The notes: generated by a model from the sequence alone, not told the origin. 50,656 nt of DNA, filler included, from Sphacelaria rigidula (GCA_964200075.2; 3 parts of 3 records of this genome joined end to end with filler, not necessarily neighbours in it); one strand, 5' to 3'. Positions 11,301 to 23,632 are shown, numbered from the whole stretch's first letter. Numbers and translations: made by a program.

Positions 11301-14300
11301 TTGTGGGGATGCGAAGTCAATTACCCCCATTACACCAATGGAAGATCATGAGTACACACCGCTCCCCTTGTGATGAACCCGTAGAATGGGGGAATCACCC
11401 CACCTTTCGATTTATTTGAGTATGAGGCATTGGATCAGCACTGCCGCCGCGCGTGCACGTTCTCCTGTATCAGTTCTTACGTCCTGAGTCATGTTGTTGC
11501 TGGTGATCATATCATCTTGGTGCTGCTGCTGCGGATCTGGGCTGTTTGGGCGGTCGTCCCATTGTCTTTGCACTTACATGCAGAGCTGTTTTTTTCGTAA
11601 ACTTTTTCGACGTGTCGTTCGTGCGCTGTTCTACCTGCTGAACATATATTGCTGCTGCTGCTGCTGCTGCTACTACCGCTGCTATGACCCCTTCTCCTGA
11701 AATCGTACGGACGGATGGATGGATCCAGCTTGTCCACGCGGATGTCTTCCGGCCTCCGGCTAGGTATCCGATGCTGTTTTGTGTGCTTGTGGGCACCGGA
11801 GTTCAGCTATTATGTATGGGTCTAGTCACCATCGCCTTCGCGGCAATCGGGTAAGTGTAATCCATTTTTTATCGTGGGCAGTTAGTTGTGTGTGTGCGTG
11901 GTTTACTTTACGCTGTAGAAGGTCGACCACCTCTTGGCCCAGTAAACAACGAGTTTCGGCAGCTCTTCTCCTTTGACAGCTACGAGACTGACCCATCCCT
12001 TGCTTAGCCGTGACGCTACCAGTTGTGCGCCGGGCCATGACATGGGTCAGTGAGTGAGTCCCCTATGATGCCACAATCTTCTCTCCTATTCAGCTGTGAG
12101 GCACAATTCTACAAACATCGTATCGTTTAAAGTTTTGACGGTCTGAGGGGACCATCCGCCCGGCATGACGCGTTGCGGCTCGGTTGCTGCAGCGTTTCCT
12201 CTGTCTTGCTTTCGTTTTGCGTACACGTGTGCAGTAGCTGTTGCGGTACCTTCAAGTGAAAACTAGGGGATGGTTTTGCCATGCAATTGAAGACAGAAAT
12301 TTGTTTCAGCCTGATGTTTGTTCACTTGCACAAGACAATCCAGCGCATCAAGAGAGGGTGTGTTCTTGTTGGTGTGTCGAGGAGGCGTTTTTATCCCTTC
12401 TTCTTTGCCTCTCAAGCATAGAAAGAAGAAACCACGGCGTCTTATAAAGACCTCTTGCGTCATCACTATTCCGCTCTTGTCTGACGGGGAAGACTGTTGG
12501 CTCTTTTTCCCAGTGTTTCTATGCGTGCAAGGACCTTTATTTGCTGAAACAAGGCGAAGCGCGTTTAATTTCCGAGGTTGGGTTTCTTCGACGTCGTGGA
12601 GGTGACACGGATGAAAATGGGCGATGTCCCGCGACGCTTCCAGAGGGCCAATCGCCGACAGCTTGTGTTTCAATCATCACGATATACAAAACCAACTGGT
12701 TTACACGTATGGATTTTCTCGAGAGTAAAAGTGCGGCTGAAAAGTGCGTCCCGTTTCTGTGTGTACTATCGGTGTATCATTTGAGGCTATCGTTCCGTTC
12801 CGCCCCAACACGCTTGTATGCTGGCAATACTTTACAGTTAGGAGAATACTCGAGCTTGCAAATGTTGGAGAATCGCATGTTATCATATCTTGTTTCGGAA
12901 AACAAAAATAGGCCAAAAAAACTCGGGCATAATTATCGTTTGATTGAATTTTAGTGAGAACGCAAATTATCGCGAAGTTTCTGGCTCAAAATTTTGGTTT
13001 GCGTAACTATCTTGTATAGATGTGTGCGTGTAGGGTAAAGGACGTGCATCCGCATTTCTCTCACTGAGGATGGTGGAGGTTCCAATTTTTTAGAGATTGG
13101 TGGCACATGCGTGGGGTACAGGGATGGACAGGAGTAGCCAAACTGGTGGGCTATTTTTACTGCATTTTAGGGTCAGCTGCTGGAACTTGCGGTGTACCTT
13201 CTCTGGTCGAAGTCACTTCCTTGCCGTGAGAGCGAGCAAGTGTAGGTAACGAAGAGTGGGATAGCAGTCGATCGTGTGATGTCAGCAAGCGTCTTGTGTT
13301 CGCCTCATGAATTTGTGCGAAAACGCCGGCGTGTGATAACTGGCGAGCTGGTCCGTGGCACGAGTCCGTGAGTGAGTCCCCTATGATGCCACAATCTTCT
13401 CTCCTATTCAGCTGTGAGGCACAATTCTACAAACATCGTATCGTTTAAAGTTTTGACGGTCTGAGGGGACCATCCGCCCGGGATGACGCGTTGCGGCTCG
13501 GTAGATACTGTGCTGAGGGGGGGGGCAGAGGAGGTTCAAGCTGAAGTTTGGTAGCGTAGCGTGCGATATCCTTCGCTTGATTTAATTTTTCGCGCGTGTG
13601 AGTTTGTGTATGACTCATGCCGCTTCTTCGCTAAACGTAGAAGACCATGATTGTTCAATTTTTTTTAACGAATCACGAGAAAATATCCCGGCCGGTTGGT
13701 TCGCATTGCATAGAATGGATCAGCGTGCCAACTGTTGTCAGCGCAACAACAGTCAGTACATAGCATAGAAACACGGAGTAGGGTTACTTCTGCACGTTCT
13801 ATTACGACCCCAAGGTCTTCATGTGCCACACCCCTTCTCTACGTTTACTCCTCCCGGCCCCCACCATCACCTGGGCTACTCTTGGTTGCTTTTGCTGTTG
13901 CGGTGATTTGCACCGCTTTTGGCTTCAGGTTCGTCAACCCTTCCAACCGCGGCAGTCTTGCGGTGTCAATGCTGCTTCTCTACGTACTCATGGGGGTGCC
14001 GGCGGGCTACACGAGCTCTGTGCTGTACAAGTCTTTCAAGGGGAGGCAGTGGCAGCAGTGCACCTTGCTGACGGCGCTGTTGTTCCCGTCCTTGTGCTTC
14101 ACAGTTTTCTTGCTGCTCAATCTCATGTCGAGGAGATATCACTCGACACAGGTGAGGAGAAGGAAGAAGGGGGAAACGAGTCCGGGAGAAGAAAAAAGTC
14201 GGACATTTTTCATCACACGAAAGCCACATGCTGCAGCTGTCGTGAATAGCTTTATTTCTTTTTGGTTTCATGGGGAATAACTGAATATTGGTGGCTTTTA

Positions 14301-16102
14301 GTCAGGCATATACTGAATCATCGTTTTGGTATTTTTCCCTTCGTGGGAATCCTGATTTTGCGACCAACATGCCAACCAAACATCTATGCTTGGCCCTCTT
14401 TGTGCTCGGTTTGTGCCTGAACCCTTCTTACAGGCTGTACCTTTCGTTGAGCTCCTGGAGGTTTTAGCGTTGTGGTTCTGCATCAGCGTGCCCATGGTAT
14501 TCCTCGGCGCATACTTTGGGTACCGTAAGCCAGTCGAACCTTACCCGGTGGTTACATCCAACATCCCGCGCCAGGTGTGTGTGTCTCCGTCTGCGTCTGT
14601 GTTTGTGTCTATGTCTGCCTCTGTGTCTACAGTTTCACCTAGATTGTGCATAATGATCGTAATAATCTTGGCCAGAGAGCGTTCCTAGAGATGTTGTATG
14701 CTTCTCCTTCCCGTGATATCTCCGGTAATTGCGGTGGTTTCCCAGCCGATCCGGGCATAACCGAGCCGAGCTATTGTTTCTTCGATGTTTGGATGTGTGA
14801 CACATTCTGATGTCAAAGCACATCTGTTGCTATGATCGAGAGCGGTCGGTTGGCGTTGGTCTTTATCTCTTGATTTTCACGCATGCCTTGATACCCTTCC
14901 TCGGAACAAGTCCGTCGTCTGACGGACGAGAATAGTCCGTCTCTCCCCCGCTTGTTGCCTTGTGAGCTTGTTTTCGAACGTTTGGTTCAGAACTGACGCA
15001 GCCCGCCGACTTCACTTCGTGGACTTCTTTTCTGTTTCTTGTTACAAGTCACGTTCCGTTTTTGTCGGTAAGGTGTGGTCGAACGTTTCACCGACTCGGT
15101 CGTGCGCAGCAAACGTACGCTGCAGCCTTCCTTTGGCCCTCCTTCTTTCCTGCCTTGTAGACAACAACCAAAACAAAACGAAAGAAGGGAGGAAGGAGAG
15201 AAAAAAAAATGTCTTTTTGTTGGCAGATGGGTAATTTTCTCATGGAGTTGTGTTCTATATCACTGCGGGAAAGGGAGAGTTTTCGACGTATGATGGGAAA
15301 AAGAAGTAATTGCGATGACAACGGCATCATGTAGTTCTACGCCCAGCATGCACTGTGATTTCGCTACCGTTGTTGCAGATTCCGGACCAGCCGTGGTTCC
15401 TGTGGAGCTGCTTCACGATTGCTGTCGGCGGCATCCTTCCCTACGGAGCTGTGTTCATCGAGATGTTCTTTATCCTGCAGTCCCTGTGGATGGGCAGCTA
15501 CTACTACGTGTTCGGGTTCTTGTTGTTGGTCTTCATCATCTTAATTGTCACCTGCGCCGACATCGCGATGGTGTTCTGTTACTTCCAGCTCTGCGCTGAA
15601 GACTACCACTGGTGAGACTGAGGAAGGCGATAGAAGGAGGTACCGTGCACACTTGCCAGTTTGGGTATTTATTTCAACACCATAAACAGGAGACGATGTA
15701 ATGGTTAATTCTTTTTTTTTCGCCATTTTGCTAGAGAGGAGAGTTACTCTCAGACGTTTCACGGCAAGAAGGGATGGAGATGTCCTTCTGCCTGTGCCTG
15801 TTCCTCACCAATAATCCTCGTCACCTCATCTCACGTCATGTCTTCGATTCCCCGCTTCCCTCGCCTGTCTTCCTGTCCCATGTAGGTGGTGGCGCTCATT
15901 CCTGACGACCGGGTCTACCGGCGCGTGGGTGTTTGCCTACTCCACTGTGTACTTTGCCAACCTCCAGGCGACGAAGTTCGCCACCTACGTGTTGTACTTC
16001 GGCTACATGGCGCTGCTGTCACTTGGACTATCGTTGCTAACTGGCTGCATCGGCTTCTACTCATGCCTGTGGTTTACACGGAAGATCTACGGCTCCATCA
16101 AG
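5373..16102 (+). CDS. TM9SF: Transmembrane 9 superfamily (nonaspanin/EMP70, TM9SF2/4-like) protein; 11 exons found, 5' exon(s) and terminal micro-exon not located
   Basis: Phase-consistent exons: 5373-5496, 6976-7107 (GC donor), 7915-8043, 9255-9413, 10061-10198, 10788-10949, 11729-11850, 13929-14151, 14434-14574, 15379-15611, 15886-16102 (~593 codons). Family motifs: SENLGEFLTGDRIESSPY, NWIIDNLP, GFPVG, RVVGFKVEPFSV, WASRWDIYL, VHWFSIVNSLLIVLFL, EETGWKLVHADVFRPP, NPSNRGSL, TSNIPRQIP, GGILPYGAVFIEMFFI, CAEDYHWWWRSF, RKIYGSIK. Confidence 0.95.
12058..12152 (+). ncRNA. Candidate intronic box C/D snoRNA, copy 1 (possible U6 2'-O-methylation guide)
   Basis: Terminal stem GTCCCC (12058-12063)/GGGGAC (12147-12152). 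Box C-like ATGATG at 12065-12070 and box D CTGA at 12143-12146, in K-turn spacing. AATCTTCTCT (12075-12084) is complementary to U6 AGAGAAGAUU. Same strand as the host, in TM9SF intron 11851-13928. Confidence 0.65.
13376..13470 (+). ncRNA. Candidate intronic box C/D snoRNA, copy 2 (identical core)
   Basis: Identical to 12058-12152, 1318 nt downstream in the same intron; ATGATG at 13383, CTGA at 13461. Confidence 0.65.
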
Positions 16103-16773
16103 GTGTGTGTGTGTGTGTGTGTGCGTGGGGTGGGGATGGAAGGGAGTCTCTCGGACCGGTAGGCGGTTATAGGTTACTTTTCTGGGGGTGAAATCTGTAT
16201 TCTGCGGCTGTGGCCCTGCTTGATTTTGATGTCGTTTGTTTCTTCCTGTCGTTGCCTCTCATTCAGAAACATAGACTTTCTTTTGTACTGTTTGTACTGC
16301 ACGTGTCAAAGAATTGCGCCATCCGACAGCTTGAGGGCTCCTGGCGTTGAATCGTGCGTCTAGGCGGCAGCTTTTGATTTGGTTAATCGGTTGTCGTACG
16401 TCGACTGATGCCCAAGGAATTCCGCAATGGCGCACGAGATAGACTTCCCCAACCCGAACGAAATGAAAACACTCGCTGAAGGAAATTCAAAAAGGGAGAA
16501 GACCAAGAAAAAAAAGTCAAGCAATCGGAGTAAACTGAACAACAAAAGATGAGTAAAAGCAAGATCATGAAAAACGATGACGACAAAAATATGGGGAGGG
16601 GGGGGGAGGGGCAAGAAATTGAGTGTTGAAATGTGTGTCCTTCGAGCAGTGGCGAAGTCGCTGTTCCTCGACCTCGGTGAACCTTGACCCTACATTTCGT
16701 TCGTTGTCCAGTTTCTCTTTTTTTTTTCTCTGTTGATGAAGAAACAAACAATAAGATCACGACACTGTTTTCA

Positions 16774-16815
<42 letters not shown>

Positions 16816-16824
16816 CCCCCCTCG

Positions 16825-16924
16825 NNNNNNNNNNNNNNNNNNNNNNNNNNNNNNNNNNNNNNNNNNNNTTAATTAATTAANNNNNNNNNNNNNNNNNNNN
16901 NNNNNNNNNNNNNNNNNNNNNNNN
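16825..16924. other. Assembly gap with artificial TTAATTAATTAA spacer
   Basis: 44 N + TTAATTAATTAA + 44 N, preceded by a long poly-C run. Confidence 0.95.
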
Positions 16925-17303
16925 AGTAGGAACGGTGCTCCGTCTCGAAAGGGATGCGTGATCAATGGTCAAGCGACTAAGGTACGCAATAAATGAGTAC
17001 GCGACCCCCCCTTCCTCCGGCGTCGGTTGGCGATAACGCTGTAAAACACGTCACTCACTGCGTGAGCTAGGCAACCAGGTTATCGATTTTTTTGCGCGCT
17101 TGCGTTTTTTTGCGGTAACCATGATGGTAGTCGAGCTAGATCATGTTGTGCGGCGTGGGAGGTTTCGTGAGGTGGTACATCCATTCGCGCTTCTGCACCT
17201 TCTGTTTTCTTTTTCTCTATTCCAAATTCTGACGACCTGAACGAACGACTGCGTACTAGAACCCTTCTGAAGACCCATTATTTCACGTTTTTGCATATGA
17301 CAG

Positions 17304-20300
17304 GGTTCCTTCTTCCGTATGGTGGCGTTCGCCGGCGAGCGCGTACTGGAGCTCGAAGCACCCATCCGTAACGAGGGCACCAAATCAACGCTCGCAGTCT
17401 GGGGACGCACTCAGGAGGAGGTGGAGGCGGGAAGGCGCAGCCTGGAGCCGGCCATGGTGCGCGATTGCTTCGAGTATCTCTTCTCCAAGGTGACCGCAGG
17501 AACGCAGGAGAGAGAGGAGGATGTACTTCCGGCATTCTTTTTGGCCAACCTGTCATCCGCAGTTGATTGGGCCGTATTTTATCGAAACATATTTTACGAA
17601 AAAAAAAATGCGCGGCGGAAAAAAAAGTTCGGTCTGATGGGTCAGGATAGGTCATCCATCTATGTCCGCGTCATTTTTTTTCTTCAATGCCGACCGAGCA
17701 GATCGTTTTGTTTTTTCACCGCATATTTTCGATCGAAAAATAATTTGGAACAACACCATTCCAGCGAGAGAGTCCACGCCGTTTTCATACTCATTTGTCA
17801 GCGAAAACACTATATTGAAACTGTGGGCATCGACCCCGCGCTTTCTGCTCGGCTGGTTAGGTTGTTGCATGCTGTTTGGAAGTGACGTGAGGAAACGATA
17901 TCTTGGACTAAAGACTCCACTGCAAGAAAGTGTACTGGGTACAGTATCGACTGGTGCGTCCATTGCAATAGAGAAAAGATTTCATACTGGGCACAAAAAC
18001 ATTTTTTGACGATGGAATCTATTGCCAAGGGTGTGGAGAAAACGCCTGGTGACGAAATGAACGCTTGAGGAACGTGAAGGGGAAAGCGGAAGGCGCGGCA
18101 GCACCGCCTTGACATCGTCGGCGATTACAAAAAATAGCATCGAATCATGCGCTTTCTCCTCTTCCCGTCCTCATATACAAGATAATTAGTACGCTTTTGG
18201 TTGAGCAATCTTGCCAGGATGCAGCTCGCCCGTCATGCGACTCGCCGAACACATGGCGGCGCTTCCGCGCTTGTAGGTTGCTGGCTTGGTCGGGCGAAAA
18301 CCCGGCGTGCTCCGTGCCGGCTTTGTAGGGATGCGAAGTCAGTGGTCTCATAACTATGGCATGCAATATCACGAGTACACCCTCTCCCTATGGGGGAAAT
18401 ATGGTGATGTAGATTTTACCCATGAGCCGAGGTTTCGCCGATTACCCCTACAGTATACCGTGATTTTGATGTTGGAATGATTCGTCTAGAAATTACCTGA
18501 TTTTAGAGTGATTGATAAGTACCGTACGAATAAATCATTGGGCTTTGTTTTCAGCGCTGCAACTCAAGCACGCACAGCCCAGGCACGTGGAATGGCGCAA
18601 AAATTGCGTGGAAACCTTTTTGACCTGCGATCGACTTTTTTTCTCTCTTTCGAGCAACCCGGCCTGAAATACCGCGGATTCGGTGATTCCAACCGGCGAT
18701 GATGCGTCCGAACCGTGAATTTATCCGTACCTGTTCTATTTTCATCACAGAGTATAATCAGAGGACGGATGTTGATACTCCAGCTACTCGTCAGATACCC
18801 GATATCGTCGGGGGGTCGGTACTCTAGATACTGGAGAATATCCAGTATTTTCGGCTGTCGATACTCTTGGAGTAATCAGTAAATGCTCAGTACTTGCGAT
18901 GGATTAAAACTCCAAGTGCTCTCATTTTTTTTTTTTTTCGGCGGTCGATACTCCATCCAGGTACTCTGGACTCATGTAAATACTGAAAATATTTGGAACT
19001 CTAGAATTCTCAAAGTACCGCGCTCCATCTCAAGCACTGTTGATATCGTGTACTCTATCAAGCAGATGGATGGGCTAGGGTACACATACTCGAATCCCGT
19101 GTTGCCACCGCTGCGGTCTCTTGAGGTCAGGGCGAGCGAGTGTCGTGTCTTCCTTGACGAGAAATAATACCGAGCACCAACCGTAAACATCCCCTTTCCC
19201 CCTTCTCCAACTCGCATGACGTACTTTTCCCGTGCCGCGAAAACCACAAACACGCCGGATACAGACGGACGAGATCCACGTTGATATCCTCAACGCGCAT
19301 CTCCAGATCGTCACGCCGTTCCTCAAGCAACACGGCGTGGAGTATGAACGCGATCGCTTCACCGAAAAGCTCGACGCCGGCGATCTGTCGCTCGACATGA
19401 CCCACCTCTGGCTCCACCGCGCCATCCGCAACCTACGCATCGCCGCGGCTACTCCCACCCCGGCCGCTCCCGCTGCTTCACCCCAGAAGAACGGGTCGCC
19501 TCCTCCGCCGGAGCACCCGATCACCGCAACAGCAGAAGTGCTGTTCTACCGCCAGCTGCTGACGGACCTCGAGCACAAACGGGGGGATGCCTACCTCAAG
19601 CTTTTGCGCGTGGCGATCGTCGACAATCTGTTGGGCGCTATTGTCCGCGTGGAGCGCAAGATCGATCCAGCTCCCGGCAGCGGCGGCGCCGCTGCCGCCG
19701 CAGGGGGGGGATCCAAGAGTGATTCTCTGTCTCCTGGATCTCCTGCGTCACCGCCGAGGGACGATCAGCAGGAAGATATGTTGGAAGGGGTGGCTGTGCC
19801 CGAGACCTTGATGTTGGATCAGTACCGACTGGTCGTTGTGGCGGCGGGGGCGGAGCAGGCGGCGTACACGGCATCTCTGGTGGCGTTTTCGCGGCAGGCG
19901 CTGGCGGCGGCGCAGGTGGCGCTCGTTCGGGCGGACGAGGACAAAGTGCGAGACTCGCTGATGGTGCTGTTTGAGACGGAGGATGTGACTAGCGCGGACA
20001 TCACGGCTCAGGTTATGATCGCTATTCGCTCGCGTGTTTTTTTTTCTTTTCCAGAGGGCGCGCTGTTTGTCATGTAGTACGGGCATGTTTGAGTCCGAAC
20101 AAGAAGTTGTTGCGTACCCCAGTGGTGCGGCTGGATTGATGTTTGAGGTGTTTTCTAGTTTGTCGTTTTGTCATAATTGTCAGATGATCACACAGAAGCT
20201 GATGTTACCATCTCCTCTTTGAAATGAGACCACACGTTAGACAACTCATGAGGTAACACCCGGCCGGAATGTGCACCGCTGAGATATCGTTTATAACTCA

Positions 20301-23258
20301 CCTGGCCAGATTTTGCAGTGTTGAGTTATGGTTCATAACTCACCCGGCCAGAATGGGCACCGCTGAATGCTCCTTCTTTAACTTACCTGTCCAGATTCTG
20401 CACCGCTGAGCTATAGTTTATAACTCACCCGGCCGCAATGAGCACCGCTGATTGATGCTGCTAAAACTCACCCGGCCACAATGGGCACCACTGAGTGATC
20501 TTTCTTATGACTCACTGGTGACTTATTGGGGAATGATTTCAGAATGACAACTCACCCGACCAAAAACACGCAGAGAACAGTGGGCGGCACTAGTCCCTCA
20601 CTCAAGAGGAAACGCGTGATCACGTGACACGTCTGCTGCTTCACGTCGCGTGAGAAGCCTCGGAGTATATACGCATATATCAATGCTGCCGTAGTTGTAG
20701 TATGAACACCTGTACATGATACGAGGAGTATAAAATACCAACATAAGACCATTTCTCACGGTTTGTTTCCTGGGGGGGGAAAGCGGTGTTTTTCATGTGC
20801 CGTAGCACCGCTGGAGTCCGTGGTGGGTGCCATAGTCGAAGATCGTATCGTGTGTGTCGCATGCAAGGCGACTCTCCATGATCGTCGTGCACGCGCCAAG
20901 CGTGTGGGTGTGGAAGGGGGGGTGTCGCACAAACTGAGGAATGAAAGCGAGTGCTGTAGCCGTGTTATGAGTTGACCCTTTGACCGCGAGGGTAGGTCAC
21001 CCGCTGAATCGGCATCAATTTTGACTTGAAAAATATATGCATGGTCCAGATGGACTGCCCTCGCGATCTAGGGATTAAGGGATAAAGATGAGTTATCTCA
21101 GAACTCCGAACAAAAAACTGAGTGACATGGCTATGTTACATGAGTTTGGGGGTAACGGTGAGCTATCTCGAACTCAGAACACATCACTGAGCTCCACATT
21201 AATATTTTTGTTCTTTGATTTTTATGCTAGAATTTACCCGGCCAGAATGTGCACCGCTGATTTCTCTTCTTTAACTCACCTGGCCAAGATATGCATCGAT
21301 GAATAATCTTCTCTTACTCACCCGGCCAGAATGTGCACCGCTAAGTTATAGTTCACAACTCACCTGACCAAGATATGCATCGATGAACTATAAGCTATGA
21401 CTCATTCGACCAGAATGGGCACGGCTGAGTGATGCTTTAGATCACTGGTGAGTTGACGCGAAGGAGAGTAAACTCGTGTTAACCTGAGTTGATTTGTCCG
21501 ACGTGTGCATGTTTGTCATACGGTAGGTATGCCTTTTACGCCTGCGGCGGTCAGTGTGTTTGTCCCCTTCTCTGTCCCACGGACCCATATTTAGTTCCTG
21601 CTCGGTCTTCTTTCTGTAGCGAGAAACAGAGTTGCTTAACCAACCACAGCCGTTGATTAACTGTCGTTGTCCTTAGGAACTCGAAGTCAAACGTGGTCTG
21701 ACTTGTGAGTACACTTGCTCTGATCAGCTCAACTTTTAGTCGTTAGACCGAACGATTCTTCACCCGGATGTCTGGCTTGGCGACGACTCGAACAACCGAA
21801 GTCTTGAACCCTGAGTTGGACCACAAGCCTTTGTGAAAGACTCCATTAGTCTCTACCCCGCAGTGTTGATTGCCGAAGAGGAAGGATGGTGAAGATCAGG
21901 TCACAGGGGTGGGGTCTAAAATCTAGGAATAATGACTCGGACAGACGTGTTTACCACAAGCTATCCCTCGTCAACCATATCTGATCCTGTGCGTTTTCGA
22001 ACCTTCGCACGCGCACCAATTATCCGCACCACAAACAGAATTCTGTCAAAGTTGAAGCTCTGATGTATCATCTGTACTCAGCGTATCTTTCATTCACCAC
22101 ATATCCAACAGCAACCACTACCATATCGTACGTCATCGATCCTATGTTCAACAGTGATATTAACCAACACCTTCTCATGTATCCAACGTAGGGTCCCCAT
22201 CAGTTTCACGTGTAAATATGTCAATACGCTTGCTCTCACTTGTGAATAAAGAGTACGAGATCTATTTCAGTTGAATAATGACTAAGCAAGAATATACTTC
22301 ATGACACCACAATCACATCACATTTTTACCGCCATGATTCCATCATATGCCAGGTCGGAGAAATGGCACGTGTGATCGCCATCAACGCTGGGAGGGCGCT
22401 GCCGTCTTCGCACCTCTCTATACTCTGCGCGCGCGCGAAGAACGTGCTAACCACGGGCGAGTGCCCCGTATACAAGCTATTCCTGCGCCGAACGATGGCC
22501 CTCCTGAGAGACACGCTGGTCGAGGGGGGCATGCCGGAGGCCCGCTTCGAGGGCGTGCTACGCAAGGTGAGCAGGGTTGGGAAGGATGGAGAATAAATAG
22601 GGAGGGCGAAAGGAGATGCCTCGGGTCGGGTGCAACCGGATCGCGTGTGTTGCTCGTTTTGTTGCCGTACATATTGTACACTCACATGAAGATCAACGAT
22701 GAAAGTAGTCAAAACGGAGCGAAGCAACGAAGCAGACGCCTGTGATGAACAAGGAAAATCAAAATCAATACGAAGAAGAAATGAACAGGATGTCAGATGT
22801 CTCAACAGTTGGTTTTTGATGTTGGGAAAGAATGATGCATGCAATTGAACTTTCGTGTAACGGTTTATATCGTACGCTAGCTACGGTACGCGGTTGCAGC
22901 TGCTTCCGCTCACAGATGGCGACGTGTCGCGGTTGGCAGTGAGACACACAAGAAGTAAGTGAATGTTTGTATACCATTGTTTGTCTTTGAGGTTTCACCA
23001 TCTCCGTTGTGTCGAGTTCGCCTCGTGGGAAGCTCGTGCTTTCGATCGCCCCTTCTGAAAAAATGTTGTCAATGTGGTCCTCTGTTCTCCGCTACACGGA
23101 AATCGAAGGTCATGTGACTCTTGAGCATGTACGAGGGAGTCTTCCGCTATCATACTCGAAATATGTTCCGAGATTCCACGGTTGTCACCACAAGACTGGT
23201 AGGCTGGCTGCCTCTGCACGCGCATGACGTACGTTACAAACGAACCCGGTCAAAAGTT

Positions 23259-23298
<40 letters not shown>

Positions 23299-23632
23299 GG
23301 TATTGAGTTGTGCGGTACATCGATCGTCCCCTCGCGGCGCCCTTTGGGGTCCGCCTCCCCTTGTTATAAGTATCTCTCGGCCGTGTAATCGTTGTTTCAG
23401 CTGTTGTTGACGTCGCATCGTCGTTGATACTTTGTTCTTGTCGGCGCAGGCTGGGTTGTTCGACTACAAGACCTTCTTGCTGGAACGTGTGGTGCGACCC
23501 CTGATGGTCATCCAGCGCCACAACGAGGCGGTGTTCGCCACGTTTTACAACGAAATTATTCCGCTCGCCCTGCAGACCACGAGCCCCGACGCCATGGCGG
23601 CCCACGCGGGCGTCCTCGCCAGCATCGACTAA
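17304..23632 (+). CDS. T-complex protein 11 (TCP11) domain protein, 3' part (5' exons probably lost at the gap 16825-16924)
   Basis: Exons 17304-17489, 19265-20011, 22354-22566, 23450-23632 (TAA), all phase-0 GT-AG joins (~442 aa). Motifs recalling the Tcp11 family: LEAPIRNE, DILNAHLQIVTPFLKQHGVEYERDRF, PETLMLDQYRL, C-terminal HNEAVFATFYNEII. Confidence 0.85.
20231..21507. mobile_element. TIR element with arrays of ~55-57-bp repeats near both ends, in a TCP11 intron
   Basis: Ends CACACGTTAGACAA / TTGTCCGACGTGTG. Repeats of AACTCACCCGGCCAGAATGTGCACCGCTGA at ~20255-20520 and ~21230-21440. Confidence 0.55.
21514..22306. mobile_element. Possible solo LTR
   Basis: TGTCAT...ATGACA inverted termini, ~0.8 kb, AATAAA near 22245. 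No matching TSD (ATGTT vs CCACA). Confidence 0.3.
23260..23298. repeat. (ACT)n microsatellite
   Basis: Perfect run in the last TCP11 intron. Confidence 0.95.

Noticed and set aside
12050-13502. 135-bp direct repeats as LTRs of a TRIM element
   Set aside because: No TG...CA ends, PBS, PPT or TSD; the C/D box architecture fits better.
16869-16880. TTAATTAATTAA motif (also 33787-33798)
   Set aside because: Centred in identical 100-nt N blocks: a scaffolding spacer. Gene adjacency across these joins should not be over-interpreted.
20255-20520. Regularly spaced ~56-bp repeats as a CRISPR array
   Set aside because: Eukaryotic intron, degenerate units, inter-repeat sequences related to each other, and no cas genes.
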